Source: Macrostomum lignano
Lineage: Eukaryota
NCBI GenBank assembly: GCA_002269645.1
Contig: NIVC01001598.1
Span: 62,001-126,000, forward strand
Direction of reading: 5' to 3'
DNA: 64,000 nt
Position 1 is the stretch's first letter. Each line of letters starts with the position of its first letter. Positions 1 to 12,485 of this stretch are shown here, in pieces. A program made the position numbers and the translations under genes. The notes beneath the pieces are model-generated. The model saw nothing but the letters and a program-made list of their open reading frames with translations. It was not told the origin of the DNA and made no database searches.

Positions 1-1914
1 AGCAACATTAATGCAATTTTGGGTAAACGGCAGGAGTAGCATGTCTTAAAAGGGCTAAATGCCTCGTCATCTAATTAGTACTACGTCCGTATTCTTTGGG
101 TGGGCATTTTTGCGACTTACCCCTGGTCCACCACAATTTACGGTGGCCAGATCGGCCAGCAGTTGCGCATGTATGCATAAGATATGTAATATATAATTTA
201 TGAACTTTTTAGGTTATGTTGTTATTGCTATAATAGAAAGGTATGCAATAGAAAGTTAGCATAAATATTCACCAATTTTTTGTCTGCATTGCTCCATTCC
301 AGTGCAGCAAAATTGCTGGTGGGGGGTTTCCATATCATAACAAGCATAGGTTTTAAGAAATAATTAGCATAAAAATTCAGCTGCCTTCATAGTTAGAAAA
401 AATCTCAGTTATTTTTATTTATTTTTTTGTTTATTCAAATTATAAATTAAATATTTTCACTACTTTCTACTCATGTTAGTAGGTTATGCTGTAATGCAAT
501 CTATTTTTGCTGAATTATCCATTACAAACCAACTTGAATACATTGCATGTGGAGGCCACACCTAAGATTTTAATTAAAGATTTGAATTAGATTTTGCTAA
601 CTGGCTAATTGGTTGTCACAATGTCTGTCCTGCGGAGATCCTACTCAAGCATTAATCTGTACCGGCTCAACTCTGCCACCAATGTGAGTGTTTAGTAAAC
701 CTGGTCTTTTATGTGTAAGCCATTTTTTCAAGTGAATGACATGGCATGTTTGCTCCTACGTGTATTTGCTAACTATAATAACTGGATTGGCTTTTAGTTT
801 AGCAGAAAGCTTCATAAAAAGCATTTTAAAAATATGTTTAAAGACAAGACAACACAAGGTACTCCAGTCTAATGGCTTTTAGAATTATGCTCATATTGAT
901 GCTAACCAAATTGATGCCTGTTGGACCAAATTACTTTAGCAAGCAAATATCGGATTCAATGCTTGTAGGCCCAAATGGGCTGCAAAAAGCCGTTGTATCT
1001 GAGATAGAGCCTAAATACTGTTGTCATGGCGACCGTGACTGCTAGCTGATACTTGGAGCTTTTGAGTCGTGCTGTGAATAATTGCATCGAATTCAGAAGC
1101 ACTCACAACACTGTTAATTAAATTGAGCGAAAATAGCAAATTCTAAATTTCTAATCATTTTCTAAAAGCGAAAGCACTATTTGCGAATTGCCTGTTTCAC
1201 TTGCCATTTTCCTGCTTGTTCTGCTTGGCTGCCAAACATATTTGGATAATTGGAATTTCTGTCTGGCTCCCCGAATTCAAATCTGCACCTATTTAGACAT
1301 TCTGCGAGGCAGCTGGACCGGCTCTGTTTGCTTGAACTTTTATTATAGTCAGAGCCGACTCAAGTCCATTCAGAGAATTCCGCTTCTATAAGCTGGGACC
1401 GAGCCGAATCTAAGATGGAAAAGATCGCGAATTAGGGGAAGGGTGGTGGGGCAGAGTTGCGGTTGCCTGCTGCTGATAAATCAAACTCGCCCAGCCTCCT
1501 TCCTCCATCTGTAGAGCGGAACCTCATTTGAATTTGAAAAAAAATAGGGCTTAAGAAATTGAGCCGCGGGTTTTTGGAGTAGCACAGCTCGGGATTTAGT
1601 TGCTGTCGGTTGCGTTGCAGTTGGCAAATTGGCCGCGAATTACTGGAATTGGCTCTGTAGCTCAGCGAATTGACGTGTCCAGGGGGCCTTGGTTCGATTC
1701 TCAGTCTGAAGTAAATTAGGCCTGGGAATTTGTGCAAGTCTCGCCCATGAGGGCCGACCCGCGCAAGGCGATGGTACGGCGGTACCTCCAGTGTCAGCGT
1801 GTGCCTTGCTGGCTGCGGGTCGGCTGTCACCTTTGATTTGCGGCAGAGCCCAGAGCCCCCCTCCCACTGCTACAAAATAACAATAACCGTACTAGTAACT
1901 GGCATGGCGGATCG

Positions 1915-2960
1915 TCTCTTTCTAAGAATCAAATGTGTCATAATGGCATCTTCTCATTTCTAGAAATAAAATGTGTCATAATAACGTATTCTCATTTCTA
2001 AGAATCGAATGTGTCACAATAGCGTCTCCTCAATTCTTAGAATCAAATGTGTCATAATGGCATCTTCTCATTTCTAGAAATAAAATGTGTCATAATGGCG
2101 TCTTCTCATTTCTAAGAATCGAATGTGTCACAATGGCGTCTTCTCATTTTTAGAAATAAAATGTGTCATAATGGCGTCTTCTCATTTCTAAAAATCAAAT
2201 GTGTCCCAATGGTGTCATTTCTAAGAATCGAATGTGTCACAATGGCGTCTTCTCATTTTTAGAAATAAAATGTGTCATAATGGCGTCTTCTCATTTCTAA
2301 AAAATCAAATGTGTCCCAATGGTGTCATTTCTAAGAATCGAATGTGTCACAATGGCGTCTTCTCATTTTTAGAAATAAAATGTGTCATAATGGCGTCTTA
2401 TTTCTAAAAATCAAATGTGTCCCAATGGTGTCATTTCTAAGAATCAAATGTCACAATGGCGTCTCATTTCTAGGAATCAAATGTGTCACAATGGCGTCTC
2501 ATTTCTAAGAATCAAATTTGTCATAATGGTGTCTCATTTCTAAGAATCAAATGTGTCACAATGGCGTCTCATTTCTAAGAATCAAATTTGTCATAATGGT
2601 GTCTCATTTCTAAGAATCAAATGTGTCCCAATGGTGTCATTTTTAAGAATCAAAGGTGTCACAATGGCGTCATTTCTAGGAATGAAATGCGTCACAATGG
2701 CGCCTCATTTCTAGGAATCAAATGTGTCCCAATGGTGTCATTTCTAAGAATCAAATGTGTCCCAATGGTGTCATTTCTAGGAATCAAATGTGTCCCAATG
2801 GTGTCATTTCTAAGAATCAAATGTGTCCCAATGGTGTCATTTCTAGGAATCAAATGTGTCCCAATGGTGTCATTTCTAAGAATCAAATGTGTCCCAATGG
2901 TGTCATTTCTAGGAATCAAATGTGTCATAATGGTGTCTCATTATAAGAATCAAATATGTC
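1915..2960. repeat. Minisatellite, ~33-40 bp unit (TTTCTAAGAATCAAATGTGTCCCAATGGTGTCA)
   Basis: Tandem units read directly; the ORFs here only reflect the repeat. Confidence 0.95.
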
Positions 2961-3019
2961 GCAATGAAGCTTTATCTTTGGCAATTAAAATCCCCCGAAT
3001 ATAACTTGTCGCTCCTCAG

Positions 3020-3250
3020 TCACTCCGCCTGGAGCAGCCTGCTCAGTCCTCACGCCGACAATCCAGCGCCGGAGACAGCGGAGCCGGTGGCGGCGCAGGC
3101 AGCGGCAGCGGCGACAACCGCACAGGCGGATCGGTGGCCACCGGAGCCCTGGTGCTGCTGGCCTTGGCCGGAGTCACCTTGTCCAGCTTCTCAGCCGGTC
3201 AGCTGATGCAGAGCTGCCGCTCCGGAGCGGGCAAGAACGATCGCTGGTGA
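3020..3250 (+). CDS. Putative terminal coding exon: Gly/Ser linker then a hydrophobic segment (SLRLEQ...GSVATGALVLLALAGVTLSSFSAG...DRW*)
   Basis: GC-rich island, CTCCTCAG acceptor at 3012-3019, 77 open codons to TGA at 3248; upstream exons not identified. Confidence 0.4.
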   Translation, partial: SLRLEQPAQSSRRQSSAGDSGAGGGAGSGSGDNRTGGSVATGALVLLALAGVTLSSFSAGQLMQSCRSGAGKNDRW

Positions 3251-3837
3251 CCAGGGAAGGGGGGTTCTGACCGACCGCTGTCATGCCTTGGATGCTGGCC
3301 AGCACAATTCTCTCATTTAGCCCGCGCTACACTGCTAGCGTTTACTTTTAGGCATGCTGTGTGCGGTTACTGATTTTTAATATTGAGTAAATTTTTATTT
3401 TTATTTTCTCTGTCTTATCATCTGCATTGCCCTCCCACCCCCCCCCCCACTGTCTCGTGAGTGTGCGCGTGAGGCATTGTTAATTTTGCGTTTAATCAGA
3501 TATACTTAACTGTGTTTTAACTATTATATAACATATAAATAATAATTATATTACAAGCTGCGTTTTGTGCCGTTATAAAACCTCTTTGCTATTCTTGTAG
3601 TCAGCGCAGTGCACCGCAATTTACTTTGAACTCTTAACTGTCACCCAGTGTGTTCGCAAACCAATATTAAATAAATTAGAAATACTTAAATCTTAGGCTA
3701 AGCTAGCTAGATGACTGCACCCGGCCTTCATCTGCACCCGGTAACTGACTGTCTTCGCAGTCTTTGTGAGAGTCTCTGAAGTCTTTGTTCGACAAATGTT
3801 CCATTGTTGCGTTATTCTTTTCTGCCTTGGCCACCCA

Positions 3838-4208
3838 TCGCCAGCCCCTCAGATCCTCAGTTGCTGGGCCAGCCTCCCAGATCCTCAGTTGCTGGGCCAG
3901 CCTCCCAGATCCTCAGTTGCTGGGCCAGCCTCCCGGATCCTCAGTTGCTGGGCCAGCCTCCCCAGAGTCTGAGTTGCTGAGTCAGCCTCCCAGATCCTTA
4001 GTTGCTGGGCCAGTCTCCCGAATCCCCTCAGTTGCTGGGCCAGCCTCCCAGATCCTCAGTTGCTGGGCCAGCCTCCCAGATCCTCAGTTGCTGGGCCAGC
4101 CTCCCAGATCCCCAGTTGCTGGGCCAGCCTCCCAGATCCTCAGTTGCTGGGCCAGCCTCCCAGATCCCCAGTTGCTGGGCCAGCCTCCCAGATCCTCAGT
4201 TGCTGGGG
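3838..4208. repeat. 28-bp minisatellite (CCTCCCAGATCCTCAGTTGCTGGGCCAG)
   Basis: About 13 tandem copies. Confidence 0.95.
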
Positions 4209-4929
4209 AAATCTACTGTTGAGGAGAAAAATTGCTGCATTTGACTCAGTCTGAGTACAGAATCAGTGTGAGTCCTTGTCATTTCTGTCTCGCCTCCTAT
4301 GCACTCGTTCTGATTGGCTGCCACCTGCCAGTCGCTGCCAGCCAGTGCGGATTCTGAGGCGCCGCGCTCCGAGAAATCCCAGAAAACTGCCGCCTATTTT
4401 TACGTGAGTGGGGGTGGGCAGTCGCTTCAATCAAATTTTTTTCGGTCAGTTCGTCCCAGCTACAGCTCTATCAGGTAAGTGGTAATTAAAGCTTACGACT
4501 GGGATGTCTTTCAATTCGACTCTCTTCAGCTGCATCTCCGCCAGCTGTGGCACCCGATTAACACTGTCTTGATTACACATCCCTGACTTGTGTACGAGGC
4601 AATTTTGCCTAAATTGCGCTGCATTACGCGGCAATTCGCACCTGCGCAGGGTCTCTATCGCTGTGATTGCAAGCCTGAGCTGGGGCCGCTCGAGAGGTGC
4701 TGCTCATTGCATTACGTGTATCAGCTTTGCTCCCCACCTGCCCCTCTCGCTGTCGCTGCTGACGGAGCTCAAGGTGATCGAGCTCATCCAGATTATCGAC
4801 TGGGCTTGTCTACGGGGATTAACATGGATTATCTTGTCCGTTGACTGGTTTAAATGGGTATGCGTGCCGTGATTTCCTTCGTATATTCCCTGCATCTTTC
4901 TTCTTCAGCTGCTGCCCCATCACTGCTCT

Positions 4930-5745
4930 CCCATACCACGCCTCTCCCACCTCTACCACGCCTCTCTCACCTCTCTCGCCTCTCCACATCTCCCACCTCT
5001 CACGTCTCACCACCACCTCTATCCCACCTCTCCCCCACATCACCCACCTTCCCACTCCTCTCCCCCACCTCTCTCTCGCCTCTCCCGCCTCTCTCCCACG
5101 CCTCTCCTCCACATCTCCCACGCCTCACCCCACCTCTCCCACGCCTCACCCCCACCTCTCCCACGCCTCTCCCCACCTATCCCACGCCTCACCCCCACCT
5201 CTCCCACGCCTCACCCCCATCTCTCCCACGCCCCTCCCCCACCTCTCCCACGCCTCACCCCCATATCTCCCACCTCTCCCACTCCTCTCCCCCTCCTCTC
5301 CCACCTCTCCCACGCCTCACCCCCACCTCTCCCACGCCTCACTCCCACCTCTCCCACGCCTCACCCCCACCTCTCCCACGCCTCACCCCCACCTCTTCCA
5401 CCCCTCACCTCTCCCACGCCTCAACCCCACCTCTCCCACGCCTCTCCCCCTCCTCTCCCCACCTCTCCCACGCCTCACCCCCACCTCTCCCACGCCTCAC
5501 TCCCACCTCTCCCACGCCTCAACCCCACCTCTCCCACGCCTCACCCCCACCTCTTCCACCCCTCACCTCTCCCACGCCTCAACCCCACCTCTCCCACGCC
5601 TCACCCCCACCTCTCCCACGCCTCACCCCATATCTCCCACCTCTCCCACTCCTCTCCCCACCTCTCTCGCCTCTCCCGCTTCTCCCCCGCCTCTCCCCCA
5701 TCTCTTTCCTACCTCTTCCTTCTCTCCCCACCTCCCCCATTCGAA
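4930..5745. repeat. C-rich degenerate ~21-bp minisatellite (CCCACCTCTCCCACGCCTCAC)
   Basis: Tandem low-complexity units. Confidence 0.9.
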
Positions 5746-6699
5746 AGCAGCTCCAACAGAATCGCCGCAAGCAACAAGACTTGCAACTTTAAATCCGAGC
5801 TATGAAACAGTCTCCGATCTAGCCTCATCACCTCAGCCCTGTCACCTAATCTCCCACCTCTCCTCACCTGTTCCCCACTGCTCTCCGGATTCTATTAGCC
5901 AAGTGCTTGATCATTCATGATATCGGTCTGATGTAATCTCTATAAACTGAATTTTTATTGCGCAACTCAAGATGCAGAGGGAGTGGGTTTTTATCGCGCT
6001 TTTCCGCTTGGGCTCAGAGATTGCTGCTCTGTATATAGAATTAAGGCTGACGCCGGTAGTGCGTCTGTCCCAACCAGAGCATCTCCGCCGCGCAATGCCA
6101 TGGCTGCCCCATACGGTCGTACGCACGAAACCAGTTATTCAAGCATCCACGATCGCTCTCCATCTCAGCTCTCTGCTGCTTCTGAAAGATTTATTACCGG
6201 ATTTGGCTGCTCGGCATGCCGACTCGAACTCGATCGGGTCGTTGCAGTCCCAGACATATCCTCTCTTGGCCTTGCGGGAACGAGTTATTGTGCTAGGGGA
6301 GATTTCCTGATCCCCATCGGCTTAGGGATGCGAGCGCGCGGGTCTTACTAAGCATATTGTGAGCTCGGTCGGGCTCAGCCTCCTTCCTCTTCATCTCCTC
6401 GTTCGCTTATTAGTTAAGCAGCTGCATGGTACATGCAAGCCAGTGTGAACGGGTCCATGATTATTCCATTCGAATGAAATTAGCGAATGGAACAAATGTT
6501 GAGGCCTGACCGAACATTTTGTCACGCCATTTTGCCCTTTCAGGAACTGATTGCATAGACTCATATGGGAAATTGAAAATCGAATTTAACAGAGAACTAC
6601 TGAGGGAAAGACTTACAGGTGTGGCAAATGGCAGGTGTGGAAGGCCTGGGAATCATTAACAATGAGAGACCTAATGAGATTTGATGATGGAATGGACGA

Positions 6700-8066
6700 G
6701 TTAAAGAGTCGGGGTCTGGGTTGGTGGGTCAGGTAAAGAGTCAGGGTTTGAGTTGGTGGGTCAGGTAAAGAGTCAAGGTTTGAGTTGGTGGGTCAAGTAA
6801 AGATTCAGGGTTTGAGTTGGTGGGTCAGGTTAGGAGTCAGGGTGTAATTTGGTGGGTCAGGTAAGGAGTCAGGGTCTGACAGGGTCTGAGTTGGCGGGTC
6901 AGGTAAGGAGGCAGGGTCTGAGTGGGTGGGTCAGGTAAGAAGTCAGGGTCTGAGTGGGCGGGTCTAATTCAATGTCAGGGTCTGAGTGGGCGGGTCTAAT
7001 TCAATGTCAGGGTCTGAGTGGGCGGGTTTAATTCAGGGTCAGGGTCTGAGTGGGCTGGTCTAATTCAATGTCAGGGTCTGAGTGGGCGGGTCTAATTCAG
7101 GGTCAGGGTCTGAGTGGGCGGGTCTAATTCAGGGTCAGGGTCTGAGTGGGCGGGTCTAATTCAATGTCAGGGTCTGAGTGGGCGGGTCTAATTCAGGGTC
7201 AGGGTCTGAGTGGGCGGGTCAGGTAAGGAGGCAGGGTCTGAGTGGGCGGGTCAGGTGGGCAGGTCTAATTCAGGGTCAGGGTCTGAGTGGGCGGGTCTAA
7301 TTCAGGGTCAGGGTCTGAGTGGGCGGGTCTAATTCAGGGTCAGGGTCTGAGTGGGCGGGTCTAATTCAGGGTCAGGGTCTGAGTGGGCGGGTCTAATTCA
7401 GGGTCAGGGTCTGAGTGGGCGGGTCTAATTCAAGGGTCAGGGTCTGAGTGGGCGGGTCTAATTCAGGGTCAGGGTCTGAGTGGGCGGGTCTAATTCAAGG
7501 GTCAGGGTCTGAGTGGGCGGGTCTAATTCAGGGTCAGGGTCTGAGTGGGCGGGTCTAATTCAATGTCAGGGTCTGAGTGGGCGGGTCTAATTCAATGTCA
7601 GGGTCTGAGTGGGCGGGTCTAATTCAGGGTCAGGGTCTGAGTGGGCGGGTCAGGTAAGGAGGCAGGGTCTGAGTGGGCGGGTCAGGTGGGCAGGTCTAAT
7701 TCAGGGTCAGGGTCTGAGTGGGCGGGTCTAATTCAGGGTCAGGTCTGAGTGGGCGGGTCTAATTCAGGGTCAGGGTCTGAGTGGGCGGGTCTAATTCAGG
7801 GTCAGGGTCTGAGTGGGCGGGTCTAATTCAGGGTCAGGGTCTGAGTGGGCGGGTCTAATTCAAGGGTCAGGGTCTGAGTGGGCGGGTCTAATTCAGGGTC
7901 AGGGTCTGAGTGGGCGGGTCTAATTCAAGGGTCAGGGTCTGAGTGGGCGGGTCTAATTCAGGGTCAGGGTCTGAGTGGGCGGGTCTAATTCAATGTCAGG
8001 GTCTGAGTGGGCGGGTCTAATTCATGTCAGGGTCTGAGTGGGCGGGTCTAATTCAGTGTCAGGGTC
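6700..8066. repeat. G-rich 32-bp minisatellite (GGGTCAGGGTCTGAGTGGGCGGGTCTAATTCA)
   Basis: Near-perfect from ~6950, degenerate copies from 6700. Confidence 0.95.
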
Positions 8067-8329
8067 TAAAAGCTAATGCTTCTCGCAGCGGACTAATAAA
8101 GAAGCAATTTCTAATGTGGGCCGGAGAAAAGGGGCCCAGATAATCTCGGGCTGGCAGTTCAGTCAGCGCGAGTCCAAATTTCGGCACAGTCAAGATAAGC
8201 TGCTGCCATGAAGACGATTTTTGCGACGGTTGAAATGTATTAGAGATTTCATGTGTATTAGATTTACCTTTATCTGAGATTAATGTACAGTACATGTATC
8301 CAAGGTTACACATATCTGTTCAAAAGTAA

Positions 8330-8872
8330 ATCTATCAGAGATTACATCTATTCGATATTACATCTATCCGATATTACATCTATCCGATTTTACATTATCT
8401 ATTCGATATTACATCTATCCGATATTGCATCTAACCGATATTACATCTATCCGATATTGCATCTAACCGATATTACATCTATCCGATATTGCATCTAACC
8501 GATATTACATCTATCCGATATTGCATCTAACCGATATTACATCCATCCGATATTACATTATCTATCCGATATTACATCTATCCGATATTGCATCTAACCG
8601 ATATTACATCTATCCGATATTGCATCTAACCGATATTACATCTATCCGATATTGCATCTAACCGATATTACATCCATCCGATATTACATTATCTATCCGA
8701 TATTACATCTATCCGATATTACATCTATCCGATATTACATCTATCCGATATTAAAGTATCTATCCGATATACAGTATCTATCCGATATTACATAATCTAT
8801 CCGATATTAAAGTATCTATCCGGTATTACATAATCTATCCGATATTAAAGTATCTATCCGATATTCCATCTA
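8330..8872. repeat. 16-bp minisatellite (GATATTACATCTATCC / GATATTGCATCTAACC)
   Basis: Tandem units. Confidence 0.9.
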
Positions 8873-8918
8873 ACAGAGATTGCCCCGTGACCCGACCCCC
8901 TCCCCCACGCCCAGCAGC

Positions 8919-11159
8919 ATGCACTCGAGCTTCCCTCACTGGCTCAACAAGTCGACTGGCAACGGGTCAGCAACCGAGGCCGCGTTGCTGCGCCTTCGCT
9001 ACTCCGCGCCCGAGGCCGCTGTGATCGGCCTCAGCGTCCTGGTCATCTGGGTGCTGGTGGTGCTCGGCAACCTGCTGGTCATTGTTGCCATCGCCCGCGA
9101 CCGAAAGGTGGCCACGCTGCAGAACTGGTTCCTGGCCTCCTTGGCCTTCGCCGACCTGCTGCTGGGCCTGCTGGTGATGCCGTTTTCCCTCACCAACCAG
9201 CTGCTTGGCGCCTGGGTGTTCGGCGCCAAGTGGTGCGAGCTCTGGCTGGCTATCGACGTTCTGATGTGCACCGCCAGCATCATGAACCTGTGCCTCATCA
9301 GCCTGGACCGCTACTGGAGCATGTCCCGGGCCCTGGTCTATCATAGGCAGCGGACCCGGTCCCGGGCGGCTCTCATGATTGCCGTGGTGTGGTTTCTGTC
9401 AGCCGGGGTCTGCCTGCCGCCTCTGCTCGGCTGGCGGAAGCCGCAGGTCAGCGAAGTGCGCTGCGAACTCACCGACGAGATTGGCTACGTTGTCTACTCC
9501 AGCATGGGCAGCTTCTACATCCCCATGCTCATCATGGTGGTGGTGTACGCGAAGATCTTCCAGAGAGCTCGGCAGCGGGTGCGGCGTCGGCAGCTGATTC
9601 ACTCGGTGAACATGGCGGCGCTGAGGAATTCCGCGGATCAGCTACGGGTGAGTTGAGTCTGGCCTCTGAATCGTCTAAAAATCTAACATGTGGTGCCACA
9701 ATTGCCTCAATCATTAACAAATGTGTATTTAGTGGCTATCGAACCATTGACATTGGGTTCGTTGGTGGGTGATGCCTCATGAACATTGGGTTAGTGGTGG
9801 GTGATGCCTCATGAACATTGGGTTGGTTGGTGGGTGATGACTCATGAACATTGGGTTGGTTGGTGGGTGATGTCTCATGAACATTGGGTTGGTTGGGATG
9901 ACTCATGAAAATTGGGTTGGTTGGTGGGAGATGACTCATGAACTTTGGGTTGGTGGGTGGGTGATGCCTCATGAACATTGGGTTGGTTGTTGGTGATGTC
10001 TCATGAACATTCGAGTGGTTTGTGGGTGATGACTCATGAACATTGGCTTGGTTGGTGGGTGATGTCTTATGAACATTGGGTTGGTTCGTGGGTGATGACT
10101 CATGAACATTGGGTTGGTTGGTGGGTGATGACTCATGAACATTGGGTTGGTTGGTGGGTGATGTCTTATGAACATTCGAGTAGTTTGTGGGTGATGACTC
10201 ATGAACATTGGGTTGGTTGGTGGGTGATGTCTTATGAACATTGGGTTGGTTGGTGGGTGATGACTCATGAACATTGGGTTGGTTGGTGGGTGATGTCTTA
10301 TGAACATTGGGTTGGTGGGTGGGTGATGACTCATGAACATTGGGTTGGTTGGTGGGTGATGACTCATGAACATTGGGTTGGTTGGTGGGTGATGTCTTAT
10401 GAACATTGGGTTGGTGGGTGGGTGATGACTCATGAACATTGGGTTGGTTGGTGGGTGATGCCTCATGAACATTGGGTTGGTTGGTGGGTGATGTCTTATG
10501 AACATTCGAGTGGTTTGTGGGTGATGTCTCATGAACATTGGGTTGGTTCGTGGGTGATGACTCATGAACTTTGGGTTTGTTGATGGCTTATAGTTCAGAG
10601 TATTTAATTACGAGCGGTCCGGTCTCAAATCTACACCTTGCTCAACACAAAACCAACTGCCCATCAGACCCGAACATCGTCCAAACCGTCTTCAAGCAAG
10701 TCGGTATCGCCCGGAGACACGGATCGAGCAGATGAAAAATCGGACTGCGCGGTCACCGAGCGACGAAATCAATCCGAGGAGGAGGAGGAGGACGCCGATG
10801 AGGGCATCGTCCCGGTCGACTCTGAGGCGGACGGCGGCGGTGGCGGCGGCAACAGCACAGTGGTCGAGCCGCTGACTGAGCTCAGCGAGGCTCTGCAGCG
10901 GAAGAGGCGACTAGCGAAGGCCAAGGAGCGCCGGGCAACCCTCGTCCTCGGCCTCATCATGGGCGCCTTCGTGCTCTGCTGGTTTCCCTTCTTCACCACC
11001 TACCTGCTGCACATCCTCTGCCGCTGCGTGTCTCACCTTGTCTTCGACTTTTTCTTCTGGCTTGGCTACTGCAACAGCGCCATCAACCCGGTGATTTACA
11101 CCGTGTTCAATAAGGACTTTAGGCAGGCGTTCAGACGAATTCTCACCTGCAGAGCCTGA
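8919..11159 (+). CDS. Class A aminergic GPCR, alpha2-adrenergic/Oct-alpha2-like; exons 8919-9647 and 10668-11159 (~406 aa)
   Basis: GNLLVI, LAFADLL, TM3 IDVLMCTASIMNLCLISLDRYWS, AKERRATLVLG, CWFPFF, WLGYCNSAINPVIY; phase-0 GT (9648) and AG (10666-67). An upstream exon cannot be excluded. Confidence 0.9.
9750..10582. repeat. 33-bp minisatellite inside the GPCR intron (TGGGTGATGACTCATGAACATTGGGTTGGTTGG)
   Basis: Tandem units fill most of the intron. Confidence 0.95.
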
Positions 11160-12485
11160 CAATCAACAAAGTAAATTAAGCAGATCTGTCAGGACGAATT
11201 AACCTGGAGCGTGACTTCTTGAATCCCAAATACTCTCCTACTCAGTGACGTGGCTGTTTATTGGGAAGCCGGATGCATTGGCATAATTATTTTTGATTTG
11301 TTGAAGCTTCTTTAAGCCTTTGCTAATTTGCACGAGTCGCACAGGTAGTCTCGTACTGCAGGCGAGAGAAGCCGCGCAAATCAAATCATTTTTTTTCGAA
11401 AGCTTTTGAGATCCATTTTTTAAAGAAAGCACATAATTAGTCACAATCGATCCATTTGGTTGAAGGCGCACTTGAATCCGTGTCGAACTGAAAAAAATCA
11501 ATAGAGTCCATTTCTCTGAGTGCTCATTTTTTCTGAGATCGAACCAGCCGCCGAGGAAGTTGCTAATTAGAAAGAGTGCCGGCCTGCAGTCACCTGGAAG
11601 CAGCGGCGCCAGAATCTGTACAGGTTTTACACACTTTCCATGTAAAGAGGCTGAAAATTCATTTTGAGCTGTGTCACAAAATTTGCCAGAGTTTCTACTT
11701 TAACTGTGTAGAGCCTTAAGCAATTTGTACGCAACACGTTGTTTACATCGAGAATAGGATTGTATAGGATATTTACTATTAACGAAAAAGTCGTAATTTC
11801 ACTTGACGTGGAATCTGTTACGATTGTAGGCAAGTATATGGCTTCTTCTGGTTCAGCCGGTGTCTGTTCAAATGATCTCAATCGGAAACGAACGTCAGTC
11901 GCTGACCATCCAGACGAGTGCAGCATGCGCCGGCCTTGGACTGAAGGCTTGCGTGACGAATTCGCATATTTGCAGTTGTGTACTGGTTAAATGTCTGCGA
12001 TTGTAACGTTGGCCATCTGAAATTTGTTGTACCTTCATGACGCGTGACACGTGATTTACTCGTAGTGACATTCGATTTTTAAGCGGAGTGTCTGACGTGG
12101 AGACATTTTTTCGGAACTTTTTTGCACAAAATGAATCAGCTAGTCTTATCTGGTGAAGTAGAAAGCGCATCAACCGTTTTAAAGCAAAACTTTTTTTTCG
12201 CGTCTCTGCAGCGTCATTAGAACTACGAGCGAAACTCTTATTATCTAGACCTGCAGGTAAAATCTGAGCAGCGAAGCTCAACCCTGCCTGCCTGGCCGCC
12301 CCATGATTGAGCACGCGGGCGCGATAAGCCACCGCGGGCGGACTTGGACTTCATCTGACAGGGAAAGGGCAGGGGGAGTCCGCCGCGGGCTACATAAAGT
12401 ACAAGCTGACGAAAGCAGAGCTAAGAATCGGTGCACAAAATTCAGCAAACATTGTGCACTATTCTGCTAGGAGTGCTGCATCAAC

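Noticed and set aside
4588-4872. Possible coding exon (…ELKVIELIQIIDW…) ending at a GT donor
   Set aside because: No recognisable family and no partner exons could be linked; insufficient support.
4841-5920. 359-aa and 312-aa Pro/Ser/His-rich ORFs (extensin- or mucin-like)
   Set aside because: C-rich tandem repeat open in two frames; no splice or codon evidence.
5972-6351. Overlapping 112-aa and 122-aa ORFs in a GC-rich patch
   Set aside because: No motif recognised and the frame is ambiguous.
9969-10583. His/Trp-rich 200-aa ORFs
   Set aside because: Intronic 33-bp minisatellite of the GPCR gene.
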